Assembly: GCA_018263575.1 (NCBI GenBank)
Contig: JAANWX010000002.1
Location: forward strand, 7,552-71,551
Direction of reading: 5' to 3'
Length of the DNA: 64,000 nt
Source: Chloroflexota bacterium
GTDB taxonomy: Bacteria > Chloroflexota > Anaerolineae > Anaerolineales > UBA11858
Numbering within the stretch: position 1 is the stretch's first letter; the number at the start of each line of letters is the position of its first letter. Under the pieces are notes generated by a model. It was not told the origin of the DNA and made no database searches. It was given only the letters and a program-made list of their open reading frames with translations. The position numbers were made by a program, and so were the translations under genes. This document shows positions 27,260 through 36,513 of the stretch, piece after piece.

Positions 27260-29590
27260 TTATGCTTTCTCTTCTTCGAAGAAGTCTTCTACAATTTGAA
27301 TAAACTTCTGAATGGTAAATGGTTTTTGAAGCCAAAATACCCCTTCTTTCTCTAAAAGTTTTTTCTCTTTCCCATGTAGCGGGTGTCCGGTAACGAAGAG
27401 CACCTTTATATCTGGCCATTTGGCTTGAATATGGTAATAAAGGTCAACTCCCCCCATTTCTGGCATGACAATATCACTGACCACAAAATAAAATTCCCCA
27501 GCTTGAAGGTGTTCCAAGGCTTCTAAGCCATTCGCAGCGGCTACTACCTGATAGTCAAACATTTCTAGCATGGATTTTAAGGCCTGACGAGCGGCTGGGT
27601 CATCCTCAACTAATAATACCCTCCGTCCGGTCCCATCCAAAAGAACATCTTCTATTTGCTCAGTGTCATCTTCTGCTACAGTTAGAACCATTGGTAAAAA
27701 TACTGTGAATGTCGTCCCCACACCTTCCGTGCTTTTTACCTCAATGTGCCCATCAAATTGCTGGATAATCCCATATACTTGGGCTAAACCTAAGCCTGTC
27801 CCTTTTCCAACTTCTTTGGTGGTAAAGAAAGGCTCAAAAATGTGCTGAATGATATTTTCAGGGATCCCTGTTCCCGTATCAGAAACAGTTACCATCGCCC
27901 ATTCCTCTTCGGAGAGGAACGGGTAAAGTTCTGCGCCAACGTCTCTGTAAGAGATACTGGAGATCTCGAAACTTAACTCCCCGCCCTCAGGCATAGCATC
28001 CCGTGCGTTGACTGCTAGATTCATAAATACTTGTTGCATTCGAGTAGGATCTACATTTACGAAATATTCTCCCAGCTCACCCCGCAGGGTCACTTTAATG
28101 GTTTCCGGAAGTGTTCGCTCCAATAGTTTTTCTAGCTCTTTGAGGAAAGGAAGCAAGTCAATCTGCGTTTCCTCCATGACTGAACTTCGGCTGAAATCCA
28201 ACATTTGGTGAATCAGCTCAGAAGCCCGCTCAATTTGCTGCTTGATCACATGTAGGCGTTTCTCGAAACGTAGCGGCAAGTTCTGTTCTTGAAGCAATAG
28301 CTCCGTATAAACTAAGATAGCGGCCATTATATTGTTGAAGTCATGCCCAATGCCAGCAGCTAGCTGCCCCACTGTAGCCAATCTGGTCTGCATTTGCGTG
28401 CGGTCTTGGACCGTGCGGATGACGGTAACATCTTGAAGGGTAACCACCCATTGCTGGCGATTATTTTGCACTGACCGCATTTGAAGCTCGAAGACTTTTT
28501 TGGGAGGCTTCTCTAGTACAATGTCTACAGGCAAAGGCTCTTCTGAACGAGCGATAAGCTCAGAAAGAGAGTAAGGTCCTAAATGAGCAATCACATCTCC
28601 CACTTTTGCAGAAGAAAGTTGTTTCAGGTATTTTTTTCCCTGCGTGTTAATTAATTCTAAGCGATAATCTTCCGTCAACAAGAGTACTCCGATTGGCAAT
28701 CCTTCGATCAAGGCTTCTTTCCGGTGCTGTTCTCCGGCTAACCGGTCGACCAAGCGATTTACATCTTGGTAACGTTGAGCATTACTTAACGCTAATCCCA
28801 CTTGCTGACAGATCGCTTCCAATAAATCAAGATGTTCTTCGGAAATAACCCCTTCTATGTCAGATTGGATGGATAAAACGCCTAGAAGAGATGAGCCACT
28901 GAGGACAGGAGCGGCCACAAATCCCCCTTGGGGATGATCAATGCCTTCAAAATAAGTCCAGCGATCATCGTGGCGCACGTCGGGAATATATACAGCTTCC
29001 CGGTTTTCTGCTACCCACCCAATAATACCCTCACCCATATTAAGTTCTCTAACTTTCTTTACTTCAGGAGATTTTATATCTCGCCCATAGATGCCACGAA
29101 TTTTCAGAGTTTTCGTCTTTACATTATACAAAGTAGCAATCCCTACTTTTCCTCCCAAGGAAAGCGTGACGAGTTCTATGGCCTTGCTTAAAATCGAGTC
29201 GATATTCAAACTGGCAACTAGTTTTTGCCCCGTATCATATAAGAGGCGTAAACGGCGTCGTTCAACAGCAACTTGCTCGAATAAGCGCGCGTTTTCTACC
29301 GCAATGGCTACTTGGTCACTGAGCAGTTTTAGGACACGCAACTCAGATGCTTGGAATTCACGTGGTTGGTTGTAGGCGATATTCATTACCCCTACAGTTC
29401 TGTCTCCAATCAGGAGAGGAAGGCCCAAGATGGCCCCATTCCAACCTTCCTGATAAGAAACATCAGCATATAAAGGATGGGTGCGCATATCCGAAACTAA
29501 AACTACCTCTTGACTCCGGGCAACCTGGTAAGTCAATCCCTCCGGTCGAGGGGTGGCAACTGGTCCCTCTCTGCCTCCCTCGTTATTCAA
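27260..29590 (-). CDS. Hybrid sensor histidine kinase (GAF-GAF-HisKA-HATPase_c-receiver); C-terminal portion of an interrupted larger gene
   Basis: H-box GIGHDFNNIM, N box NLAVNARDAM, G boxes DTGTGI/GKGTGLGL, and a C-terminal receiver (VLLVEDDP...SDIVMPEMGG). The track's TTG start at 29590 falls inside a GAF domain, and the frame stays open upstream to the TAG at 29734..29732. Confidence 0.85.
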   Translation of the reverse strand: MNNEGGREGPVATPRPEGLTYQVARSQEVVLVSDMRTHPLYADVSYQEGWNGAILGLPLLIGDRTVGVMNIAYNQPREFQASELRVLKLLSDQVAIAVENARLFEQVAVERRRLRLLYDTGQKLVASLNIDSILSKAIELVTLSLGGKVGIATLYNVKTKTLKIRGIYGRDIKSPEVKKVRELNMGEGIIGWVAENREAVYIPDVRHDDRWTYFEGIDHPQGGFVAAPVLSGSSLLGVLSIQSDIEGVISEEHLDLLEAICQQVGLALSNAQRYQDVNRLVDRLAGEQHRKEALIEGLPIGVLLLTEDYRLELINTQGKKYLKQLSSAKVGDVIAHLGPYSLSELIARSEEPLPVDIVLEKPPKKVFELQMRSVQNNRQQWVVTLQDVTVIRTVQDRTQMQTRLATVGQLAAGIGHDFNNIMAAILVYTELLLQEQNLPLRFEKRLHVIKQQIERASELIHQMLDFSRSSVMEETQIDLLPFLKELEKLLERTLPETIKVTLRGELGEYFVNVDPTRMQQVFMNLAVNARDAMPEGGELSFEISSISYRDVGAELYPFLSEEEWAMVTVSDTGTGIPENIIQHIFEPFFTTKEVGKGTGLGLAQVYGIIQQFDGHIEVKSTEGVGTTFTVFLPMVLTVAEDDTEQIEDVLLDGTGRRVLLVEDDPAARQALKSMLEMFDYQVVAAANGLEALEHLQAGEFYFVVSDIVMPEMGGVDLYYHIQAKWPDIKVLFVTGHPLHGKEKKLLEKEGVFWLQKPFTIQKFIQIVEDFFEEEKA

Positions 29591-29731
29591 AAAAGCCCGA
29601 AAATACAGCGATGAACCATCGTATAAGAAAATATGAGCATCTAGGGCATCCGGCAGATATTCTAAGACACTACTGAGAACAGCGTCAAAACCTTCCCCTG
29701 GCTGTAAATTTGCTGTGAGGCTGAGCGTAGC

Positions 29732-31099
29732 CTAACGAACAGTTTCCAGTTCCTTTGCTCTTTGTTCTGCTTCCTCGAACAAGCGGGCATTCTCCAAAGA
29801 GATGGCGACTTGGGTGGCCAAAGCCTCCACTAACCGCCTGTCTTCATCGTCAAAAGTATTCCTTTGGAAAGATTGAACTGAAACTGCTCCTATGAGGCGG
29901 TCGCGAACAATTAGGGGCACCCCCAACCAGGAGAGTACTTCTTTACCGTACTGCCTCGGTTTGACTGGTAATTCTTCTTCTTCAAAATCCTTGATGAGAA
30001 GACACTCTCTATGCTCTATGATCCAACCCAACAAACTTTCCTCTTTTACAGAAAACTGTCTGCTGATCAGGCTTGTTAGTTCTCTACTATCCTCTACGGC
30101 ATGAGCTATAGAGATTTCCTGTAAGTCTTCATGATAAAGGCCAACTAAAAAGACATCGGGGGCTATTAGTTTGCTAATTTGGATATGCAAACGCTCGAGA
30201 ATTCTTTCTGTATCTAAAACGCTAGATGTGACCAATGTTGTTTCGTATAGACCTTCTAGCTGTTGAGCATATTCCCGAAAACCTTCTAAAAGCTGTACGT
30301 TCTGAATGGCTACCGCCAATTGATCAGCCACAATCTTCAAGACACTGATATCTTCCTCATCAAAGGCAGCCGGGTGTCGGCTCTGCACATCCAAAGCACC
30401 AATGACGATATCTCCTAGCTTAAGCGGGATGGCCATCTCCGAGCGAGTTTCAGGCAAGACAGGATTTTCAAAGTGGACTGGATCTTCCCCTACATCTAAA
30501 GCGATGCGTGCCTCCCCGCTTTCGACGACATATCCCACAATGCCTACCCGGCCTATTCGCAATTTATGCCCTCGTTCAATCATTATTTGCCCAGCTTCCC
30601 CGGTGGCCGCTGTCAAAACAGCATAATTCTCATCGTCCCTAAGCAAGAATATACCTGCGTGGTAAAAACCAAAACGATCTTTGATTAAATCAACTGCTTT
30701 ATCCAAGAGAGGTTGCAAGCGATGTACTTTTGCCGCATCGCGAGCAACTTCTGCTGCGACCTGAAGTTGTACAATCCGCCGCTCCAAATCCTTAGCGGTG
30801 TTTTGCAAGCTGTTTTCGACTTTAATCCGTTCTGTAATGTCACGAGCTGTACTTAATATATAGAGCGGATCGCCATGCGAGCTATAGACAGCCACATCAC
30901 TCAATTCGATGGGGATTTCATAATTCTCTTTGTGAATGAAGTGTCTAACATGGGGTTGAGTTTTTTCCCCCAGGAGGCTTTGGCGGTTCCCTTTGGAGAG
31001 GCAGGGGTAATAAAAAGTGGTTGATTTTTCTCCCCCTTGAGAATGGCAACCTCTCCCTCTATCTCGAATTTGGACAAATTCTCTAAAAGCAGCCTCCAA
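29732..31099 (-). CDS. PAS(fragment)-GAF-GAF sensor segment; N-terminal portion of the interrupted kinase
   Basis: It has a PAS C-terminal half (..ELSDVAVYSSHGDPLYILSTARDITERIKVE), two GAF domains and a coiled coil. It ends at a TAG that is in frame with ORF 27260..29590. The first 30 or so codons look out of frame relative to ORF 30901..31209. Confidence 0.7.
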   Translation of the reverse strand: MEAAFREFVQIRDRGRGCHSQGGEKSTTFYYPCLSKGNRQSLLGEKTQPHVRHFIHKENYEIPIELSDVAVYSSHGDPLYILSTARDITERIKVENSLQNTAKDLERRIVQLQVAAEVARDAAKVHRLQPLLDKAVDLIKDRFGFYHAGIFLLRDDENYAVLTAATGEAGQIMIERGHKLRIGRVGIVGYVVESGEARIALDVGEDPVHFENPVLPETRSEMAIPLKLGDIVIGALDVQSRHPAAFDEEDISVLKIVADQLAVAIQNVQLLEGFREYAQQLEGLYETTLVTSSVLDTERILERLHIQISKLIAPDVFLVGLYHEDLQEISIAHAVEDSRELTSLISRQFSVKEESLLGWIIEHRECLLIKDFEEEELPVKPRQYGKEVLSWLGVPLIVRDRLIGAVSVQSFQRNTFDDEDRRLVEALATQVAISLENARLFEEAEQRAKELETVR

Positions 31100-31297
31100 A
31101 TCGTATTGGATCTTAGCTGGTTTTCAACGAGTTTTTCTTCAAGTATTTGTAAGACGTTCAGTAGAGAGGGCGTATTGCGTGATGGAGAATTAACTTTAAA
31201 AAAATTCATAACTAAGTGATGTTCATAAATAATTGATGAAAGACTAATGAGTAAACAGTTTCAATGGACTATTTTCTTCCCCATGTATATTAACACA

Positions 31298-32905
31298 TCA
31301 CAACGCTTTCACCAAGTAGTATCTTCCGCGCTCGAAGCCGCGTTCCAGATAATAGTGCCGTGTTCCTACCGCCGCAATCACTGCCAAGCGAGAGAAACCC
31401 GCTTCTTTGGCCGTTTCCTCAGCCTCCCTCATCAGACTCGTTCCCAAACCAGCATGCTGGGCTGCACCCCCTAGCTCACGTCCTACACCTAAAGATTGCC
31501 CATATACATGCACTTCACGGATGATGGCCGCCCCAGCAAGGTCTTCCAGGCTGGTTTTCGGTGAAAGGTGAGAAGGAAAAGAGAGGCGCAAAAAGCCAGC
31601 CAGTTTATCGTCCGGCGTGACATAGGATAGAAAATGCTCCTCAGCCCCATTGGCTGAGTAGACCAAATCGGACAATTCACAGGCCTCAGGCTCAACCTCT
31701 TGCCCCCGAACCTCCCGGCAGCGAATGCATTGGCAGCCTTCCCCTTGACGCTCGAGTTCTCGGTGCACGTCTTGGCGTAAACTCGTGCGCTTATTTCCCT
31801 CCACCACATTATCGGAAGGTATATCGCGCACTACGCGGTTAACGCGGCAATAACGGGGAATGGTGAGTTTTATATCCGCAATCAGCTTGATCAATTCGTC
31901 CGTGGTATAGGGCTTATACTCACCCCTTTCCCAATATGTAAATAATTCTGTGCCTTCCAATAATTGCGTTGGGTAAATTTTCAATTCATCAGGAGACAGC
32001 CATTCCCACAGGTGGGCAAAATCTTCCTTATCAGATTCTAGGGTCGCGCCCAGCAAATTAGGCATCCAATGTAAGACAATCTTGAAACCGGCCGCTCTCA
32101 ACAAGGCTACAGCCTGTCGAGTCTCCTGGGCCGTATGACCGCGCTTGTTGAGAGCTAAAATCTCATCGTTCAGGCTCTGTACGCCCATTTGCACTTTGGT
32201 TACCCCTAATTTTCGCAACCGCTCCACCTCGGCGCGGGTCACCAAGTCCGCTCGTGTCTCGATTGTCAGGCCTACGTTCCTGTGCTGGGCGGTTTCGTTT
32301 AGCGCCTGGGCCTTGGCCAAAGTCCCGGATTCGGTTTCGTTCATGGCCTCGAAACAACGCCGCAAAAACCATTCCTGATACTTCTGGGGGTACGCGCTCC
32401 AGGACCCACCTAAAACCAAAAGCTCTATTTTATCCGTGGGATGCCCAATCTCATACAAGGCCTGGATGCGAGCTGCCACTTGGTCGTAGGGGTCAAATTC
32501 ATGGTGCAAAGCGCGCATCGCACCTGGCTCATCTGGGAGATAGCTGACCGGCATCCCCTCGTAATCTGGGCAGAAGATACACTCTCCCGGGCAGGGATGG
32601 GGGCGCGTCAAGACTGTCACCACCGTCACGCCCGACAGGGTGCGGGAGGGCTTTACCCGGATTTTGGCCAACAAGCGGCGGTCGGCCGCCCGTTCCCCAC
32701 GTTCAACATCCTCCCGATAGGCCGTGATCAGCATATGCTTGCTCAAAAACCCTTCTCCTCCAGGAAGGGGGTGACGGCGAATGGCTGGGAAAACCTCGCT
32801 TCCGTCCTCAATCTCACACAAAACCTGACGGGCAAGCGCCAAAGCCTCATCGCTATATTCCCTGGCATCTATCCAGGCTTGTTCTTTACCAATCTTTTTT
32901 GTCAT
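31298..32905 (-). CDS. elp3: Elp3-family radical SAM / GNAT acetyltransferase (bacterial Elongator protein 3 homologue)
   Basis: KIRVKPSRTLSGVTVVTVLTRPHPCPGECIFCP (CxxxCxxC) and ..LGGSWSAYP.. are present. The C-terminal GNAT is AQHAGLGTSLMREAEETAKEAGFSRLAVIAAVGTRHYYLERGF. Confidence 0.85.
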   Translation of the reverse strand: MTKKIGKEQAWIDAREYSDEALALARQVLCEIEDGSEVFPAIRRHPLPGGEGFLSKHMLITAYREDVERGERAADRRLLAKIRVKPSRTLSGVTVVTVLTRPHPCPGECIFCPDYEGMPVSYLPDEPGAMRALHHEFDPYDQVAARIQALYEIGHPTDKIELLVLGGSWSAYPQKYQEWFLRRCFEAMNETESGTLAKAQALNETAQHRNVGLTIETRADLVTRAEVERLRKLGVTKVQMGVQSLNDEILALNKRGHTAQETRQAVALLRAAGFKIVLHWMPNLLGATLESDKEDFAHLWEWLSPDELKIYPTQLLEGTELFTYWERGEYKPYTTDELIKLIADIKLTIPRYCRVNRVVRDIPSDNVVEGNKRTSLRQDVHRELERQGEGCQCIRCREVRGQEVEPEACELSDLVYSANGAEEHFLSYVTPDDKLAGFLRLSFPSHLSPKTSLEDLAGAAIIREVHVYGQSLGVGRELGGAAQHAGLGTSLMREAEETAKEAGFSRLAVIAAVGTRHYYLERGFERGRYYLVKAL

Positions 32906-33023
32906 AACCTTTCTTTCCTGAGTACAAGGTGTAAACCTCGACTACAAAACTGTTTCCCAAAAATATTGGGAAGATACATATGAACTGTACCCCAAATACT
33001 CAAACCTATCCTATAATACCAGT

Positions 33024-33746
33024 ATGAAACCTAAAATTGCAAAACTACTCATTACTCTTAACCACCAATTTTACCAAAAATTCTCCCAGGAATTTTCCGA
33101 TACGCGCCTGCGCCTTCAACCGGGAGTACAAAAAATCTTAAAAACCTTGCCTTCCAACACCCGTCTCCTGGATTTGGGGTGCGGGAACGGGGAATTAGCG
33201 CGTGTGCTTGCTCGAGACGTTTACCGTGGTTCTTATGTGGGGACAGATTTCAGCCCAAACCTGCTGGAGACGGCCCGCCAAGATCTTCCGGAAGATTTTT
33301 CAGCCCAGTTTTATCCCCTAGACCTCACCACACCCGATTGGCAAGAACATCTTCCTCCGCTCCAATTCGACTTCATTTTTTGTTTTGCGACCTTGCACCA
33401 CATCCCCAGCCGGGAGATTCGCATAAAGATCCTGGAGAACGTTCGTTTTCGCTTGAAATCTGGGGGAAAATTCATCCATTCCAACTGGCAATTTCTGAAT
33501 AGCGAGCGCTTGAAAAAGCGAGTTCAACCCTGGGAGAAAGTCGACCTTTCACCCCATGACGTAGATGAGGGGGATTACCTGCTCGACTGGCGCCGGGGAG
33601 GATACGGCCTCCGCTACGTGCACCATTTTTCTCCAACCGAGCTCCGCTCCCTGGCGCAGGAAACCGGATTCAGCGTGGAAGAATCTTTCTTTTCTGACGG
33701 CAAAGAAGGCAATTTAGGATTGTATCAGGTTTGGGGAGGGAGTTGA
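33024..33746 (+). CDS. Class I SAM-dependent methyltransferase, Trm9-like
   Basis: Motif I is LLDLGCGNG. Trm9-like flanks are FSQEFSDTRLRLQPGVQKIL, ATLHHIPSREIRIKILENVRFRLKSGG and LRYVHHFSPTELRSL. A TATAAT box lies 6 nt upstream of the ATG, so the mRNA may be leaderless. Confidence 0.6.
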   Translation: MKPKIAKLLITLNHQFYQKFSQEFSDTRLRLQPGVQKILKTLPSNTRLLDLGCGNGELARVLARDVYRGSYVGTDFSPNLLETARQDLPEDFSAQFYPLDLTTPDWQEHLPPLQFDFIFCFATLHHIPSREIRIKILENVRFRLKSGGKFIHSNWQFLNSERLKKRVQPWEKVDLSPHDVDEGDYLLDWRRGGYGLRYVHHFSPTELRSLAQETGFSVEESFFSDGKEGNLGLYQVWGGS

Positions 33747-35467
33747 GTGGTCTGATTGGTGTGCGTGCCATTTGGGCATCCCTCAGGAGAGGGAACTCTG
33801 CTCGCAACCAAAAATCCTAATTCTATTAAAATCTCAGCAACCTTCTCTTCGCTACCTTCCTTAATGACCACCGCCGTAGGCCCAAGCTGTTCGCGCAGGA
33901 AGCGTGCCCCACGTGATTTTTGAAGGGCTTCGAGCATGGCCGGGGACGTTACCCTAAGGATAGTCTCTTTCCCTAGGGAGGCCTCCACGCCCCGCTGCTC
34001 CCAACGTTCCAGAGCTGTAAGCACGTTGGGTGGAATTACCTCGGCGTGACTTTGGAGCAGGGCCAAAAGGTGAGCGGTTCGCAAGTCATGTTCCTCGGCT
34101 TCCTCTAAAGAGGCGGAAGTCAGCCAATAAGAATACCTCTCTTGCTTGAGCGTCTCCCAAGCGCAGAAACGGGCTACCTGGTAACGCACCGTACGCGGCA
34201 CAAGAGCTGAGATATCGATTTCCCCCTTGGAGCGGATGTGAATTGAGGCGTTTTCAGGTTCTAAGGTTTTGGGAAGTTCCTCATCCAAGAGCGAGTGGCT
34301 TAAAAAAGAAAAACGAAAGGCGGAGGGTTGGCTTTGGGGAGCATCCTCGGGAGCGGCTAAATCTAGGAGGCCCAACCAATGTAAAGGGCCGGTGATTGTA
34401 TAACGCAGCAAGGCTCCTTCGACTTCATCCCAGTGCTTAAACCCCCGTAAATATTCCCCCGTATTGGAGTCTTTTAGAAACCAGGAATCATAATCCCCGG
34501 AAGGGCGCTGAAAATCAGGATGTGTTTTCTTGATGTGAGCAACTGTGCCCGAAATGCTCCACCACGTATGGCGGGGGACGCGGCTCAGGAACCCTAAAAT
34601 TTCCTTGCGCACGCGGAGAGGGTCATTTTCCCAAGCCCCCTCAGCCTGCAAACCGGGAACAAGGCGCAGGTCATTATGAGCAGAACTGGTCAGCCAGGTT
34701 TGCCACAACTTGAGCAAGGCTTCAGGCCGCGATAGGCTGAGAAAATCCCGCGCAGCTTCAGGCTTTGGTTCCCCTTGTGGGTCAAGCACTTCCATCGTCG
34801 AGAGGAGAGTTTCGAAGAAGGTGATGGCCGCTTCTGTCACCTGGGGGAGATGGGGACGGGGATCAATGCCCATCCGCAACCCGGCCAAAAGGGTGCAGGT
34901 GTGGTCGATAATCCGGTCACTGGTCGGGATGACGTACTCCCGCTCGTCGGGCGTGGCCGGCCGGCCTGGAACGGTGCCATCCGGGAGATGGCCATCCTTC
35001 CCCTCGGGGCCATTCCCAATCCCGGAAGTGGGGAACAGGTCGGCAAGGATTTCGAGCAAATCGTCGGGAATGTAGGCGAATTCTTGGGGGCCGGTTTCGG
35101 TGTCGAAAAACCCACGCGCGAGAAAGGCCCGGTACCAAAGCACTTCGGCGGGGGAGACGGGGTTGAGGTCGGGGCGCTCTCGGTCGCGGCGTCCCGGTCC
35201 CATCTCGCGCACCTCCCCGCAGCGGCGGGTGAACATGGCCCAGGAAACGCGCCCTCCCTCCCGGACGAGCCACGCCAGGGATTCAGCGGCCGGAGCGGGC
35301 AAGGCTTCCACCACTTCCCGCACCAGGGCTGGGTCCTTAATCTCCCTGGCCAGGAGGGGCAGAGCGCGGCGGGCATCGGGGGCGTCCACGGGAATCCCCC
35401 ACAAATCCCCCACGAGTTGAAGGTGTCTATAATCAAAGTCGCGCAGGCTATGTTGAAGGTTGGGCAT
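33725..35467 (-). CDS. Hypothetical protein resembling helicase-associated / XPB N-terminal-like (Helicase_C_3-type) domain proteins; no ATPase motifs
   Basis: 580 aa with no Walker motifs. Segments such as ..VLWYRAFLARGFF.. and YSYWLTSASLEEAEEHDLRTAHLLALLQSHAEVIPPNVLTALERWEQR recall XPB-N/Helicase_C_3 proteins. The last 20 or so codons are repeat-encoded, and the gene overlaps the methyltransferase 3' end by 22 nt. Confidence 0.45.
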   Translation of the reverse strand: MPNLQHSLRDFDYRHLQLVGDLWGIPVDAPDARRALPLLAREIKDPALVREVVEALPAPAAESLAWLVREGGRVSWAMFTRRCGEVREMGPGRRDRERPDLNPVSPAEVLWYRAFLARGFFDTETGPQEFAYIPDDLLEILADLFPTSGIGNGPEGKDGHLPDGTVPGRPATPDEREYVIPTSDRIIDHTCTLLAGLRMGIDPRPHLPQVTEAAITFFETLLSTMEVLDPQGEPKPEAARDFLSLSRPEALLKLWQTWLTSSAHNDLRLVPGLQAEGAWENDPLRVRKEILGFLSRVPRHTWWSISGTVAHIKKTHPDFQRPSGDYDSWFLKDSNTGEYLRGFKHWDEVEGALLRYTITGPLHWLGLLDLAAPEDAPQSQPSAFRFSFLSHSLLDEELPKTLEPENASIHIRSKGEIDISALVPRTVRYQVARFCAWETLKQERYSYWLTSASLEEAEEHDLRTAHLLALLQSHAEVIPPNVLTALERWEQRGVEASLGKETILRVTSPAMLEALQKSRGARFLREQLGPTAVVIKEGSEEKVAEILIELGFLVASRVPSPEGCPNGTHTNQTTQLPPQT

Positions 35468-35473
35468 ATTCGT

Positions 35474-36394
35474 TTAGGCCATAACTTGAATGGCTTGGGG
35501 GATGATTTCCAGTTTTAGGGCCTGTATGCTGCTGGTGAAACCGGCGTATATTTCCCCATCGAAATGGATGTAAAGCGGGAGGTCCGAGCGCAGGGAGAGG
35601 GTTTTGAATGTTTCTGTTCGAATTGGGGAAAAACCCAGATGGGTTCCGCGCATAAACTCCGGGAGCAGGCGAAGCATCATGGCCCGGGAAACTTCTTGGA
35701 CGGCGAGCAGGTTGAAGAGGCCATCGGTTGAGGATGCGCTGGGGGAAATATGGAAGCCGCCTCCTTCCCGGGGGCCGTTGCATAGGACAAGCATGAGAAG
35801 GTCATCTTGCCAGGCTTCTTCTCCGTCTATACTAAGGTCAATGTGAAAGGGTTCGTGATTCAGAAAGATTGTTTTTAAGACTGCCGCCAGGTACATTAGA
35901 AATCCTCGCACAATGGGAAGTTTGTGGGAGTAAATGGTCACAATAGCGTCGAAGCCGATTCCTACAGTGTTGTCCCAATATTCACGGCGGCCTTTTTCAT
36001 CTTCTATGACACCTATATCAACGGGATGAGGTTCTCCGGTGAAGATTTGTTGGAGGGCCTTGGTAGGGTCTTCATCCATTCCCACAGCGTGGGCAAAATC
36101 ATTTCCTGACCCAAGAGGGACGACGCCCAAGCGGGGACGTTTTTCTGGCGGGAAACCCATTATGCCGTTGACGACTTCGTGGACAGTCCCATCTCCTCCG
36201 GCGGCTATTATCAGGTCATAACCGTCTTCTACGGCTTGTTTGGTCAGTTCTACAGCGTGGGTGGGGTAGACGGTGCCCGCCCAATCCGCGCCTCCAAAAT
36301 TGGCCATTACAGGGCGGAGGTCTGCTGCCAAGCGCCAGGCTTGTCCCATGTTGGCGTTGGGGTTGACGATGAATTTGGTGTTGTTTTTGGTCAT
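35474..36394 (-). CDS. Diacylglycerol/lipid kinase family protein (YegS/BmrU/DagK-like)
   Basis: The start is moved to MTKNNTKFIVNPNANMG (ATG 36394). GGDGTVHEVVNG and PLGSGNDFA motifs are present. Confidence 0.8.
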   Translation of the reverse strand: MTKNNTKFIVNPNANMGQAWRLAADLRPVMANFGGADWAGTVYPTHAVELTKQAVEDGYDLIIAAGGDGTVHEVVNGIMGFPPEKRPRLGVVPLGSGNDFAHAVGMDEDPTKALQQIFTGEPHPVDIGVIEDEKGRREYWDNTVGIGFDAIVTIYSHKLPIVRGFLMYLAAVLKTIFLNHEPFHIDLSIDGEEAWQDDLLMLVLCNGPREGGGFHISPSASSTDGLFNLLAVQEVSRAMMLRLLPEFMRGTHLGFSPIRTETFKTLSLRSDLPLYIHFDGEIYAGFTSSIQALKLEIIPQAIQVMA

Positions 36395-36513
36395 GGTAGT
36401 GGTCTTATTGGTCGAAGGTGCGTTGCACTTGCAGTCCAAAGTGCGCTGCACCTGAAGAGGGGTAAAGGAGTACAAAAAGCATCCTAGGCTATACGAAGAG
36501 GATTGAGGGAGAT

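Noticed and set aside
29732-29734. In-frame TAG as pyrrolysine or a reassigned codon
   Set aside because: TAG is used as an ordinary stop elsewhere in the window (pepF at 1951..1953, ilvD at 63456..63458, the GNAT gene at 6844..6846). No pylBCD/pylS-like genes are present. An upstream frameshift in the same gene favours decay or sequencing error.
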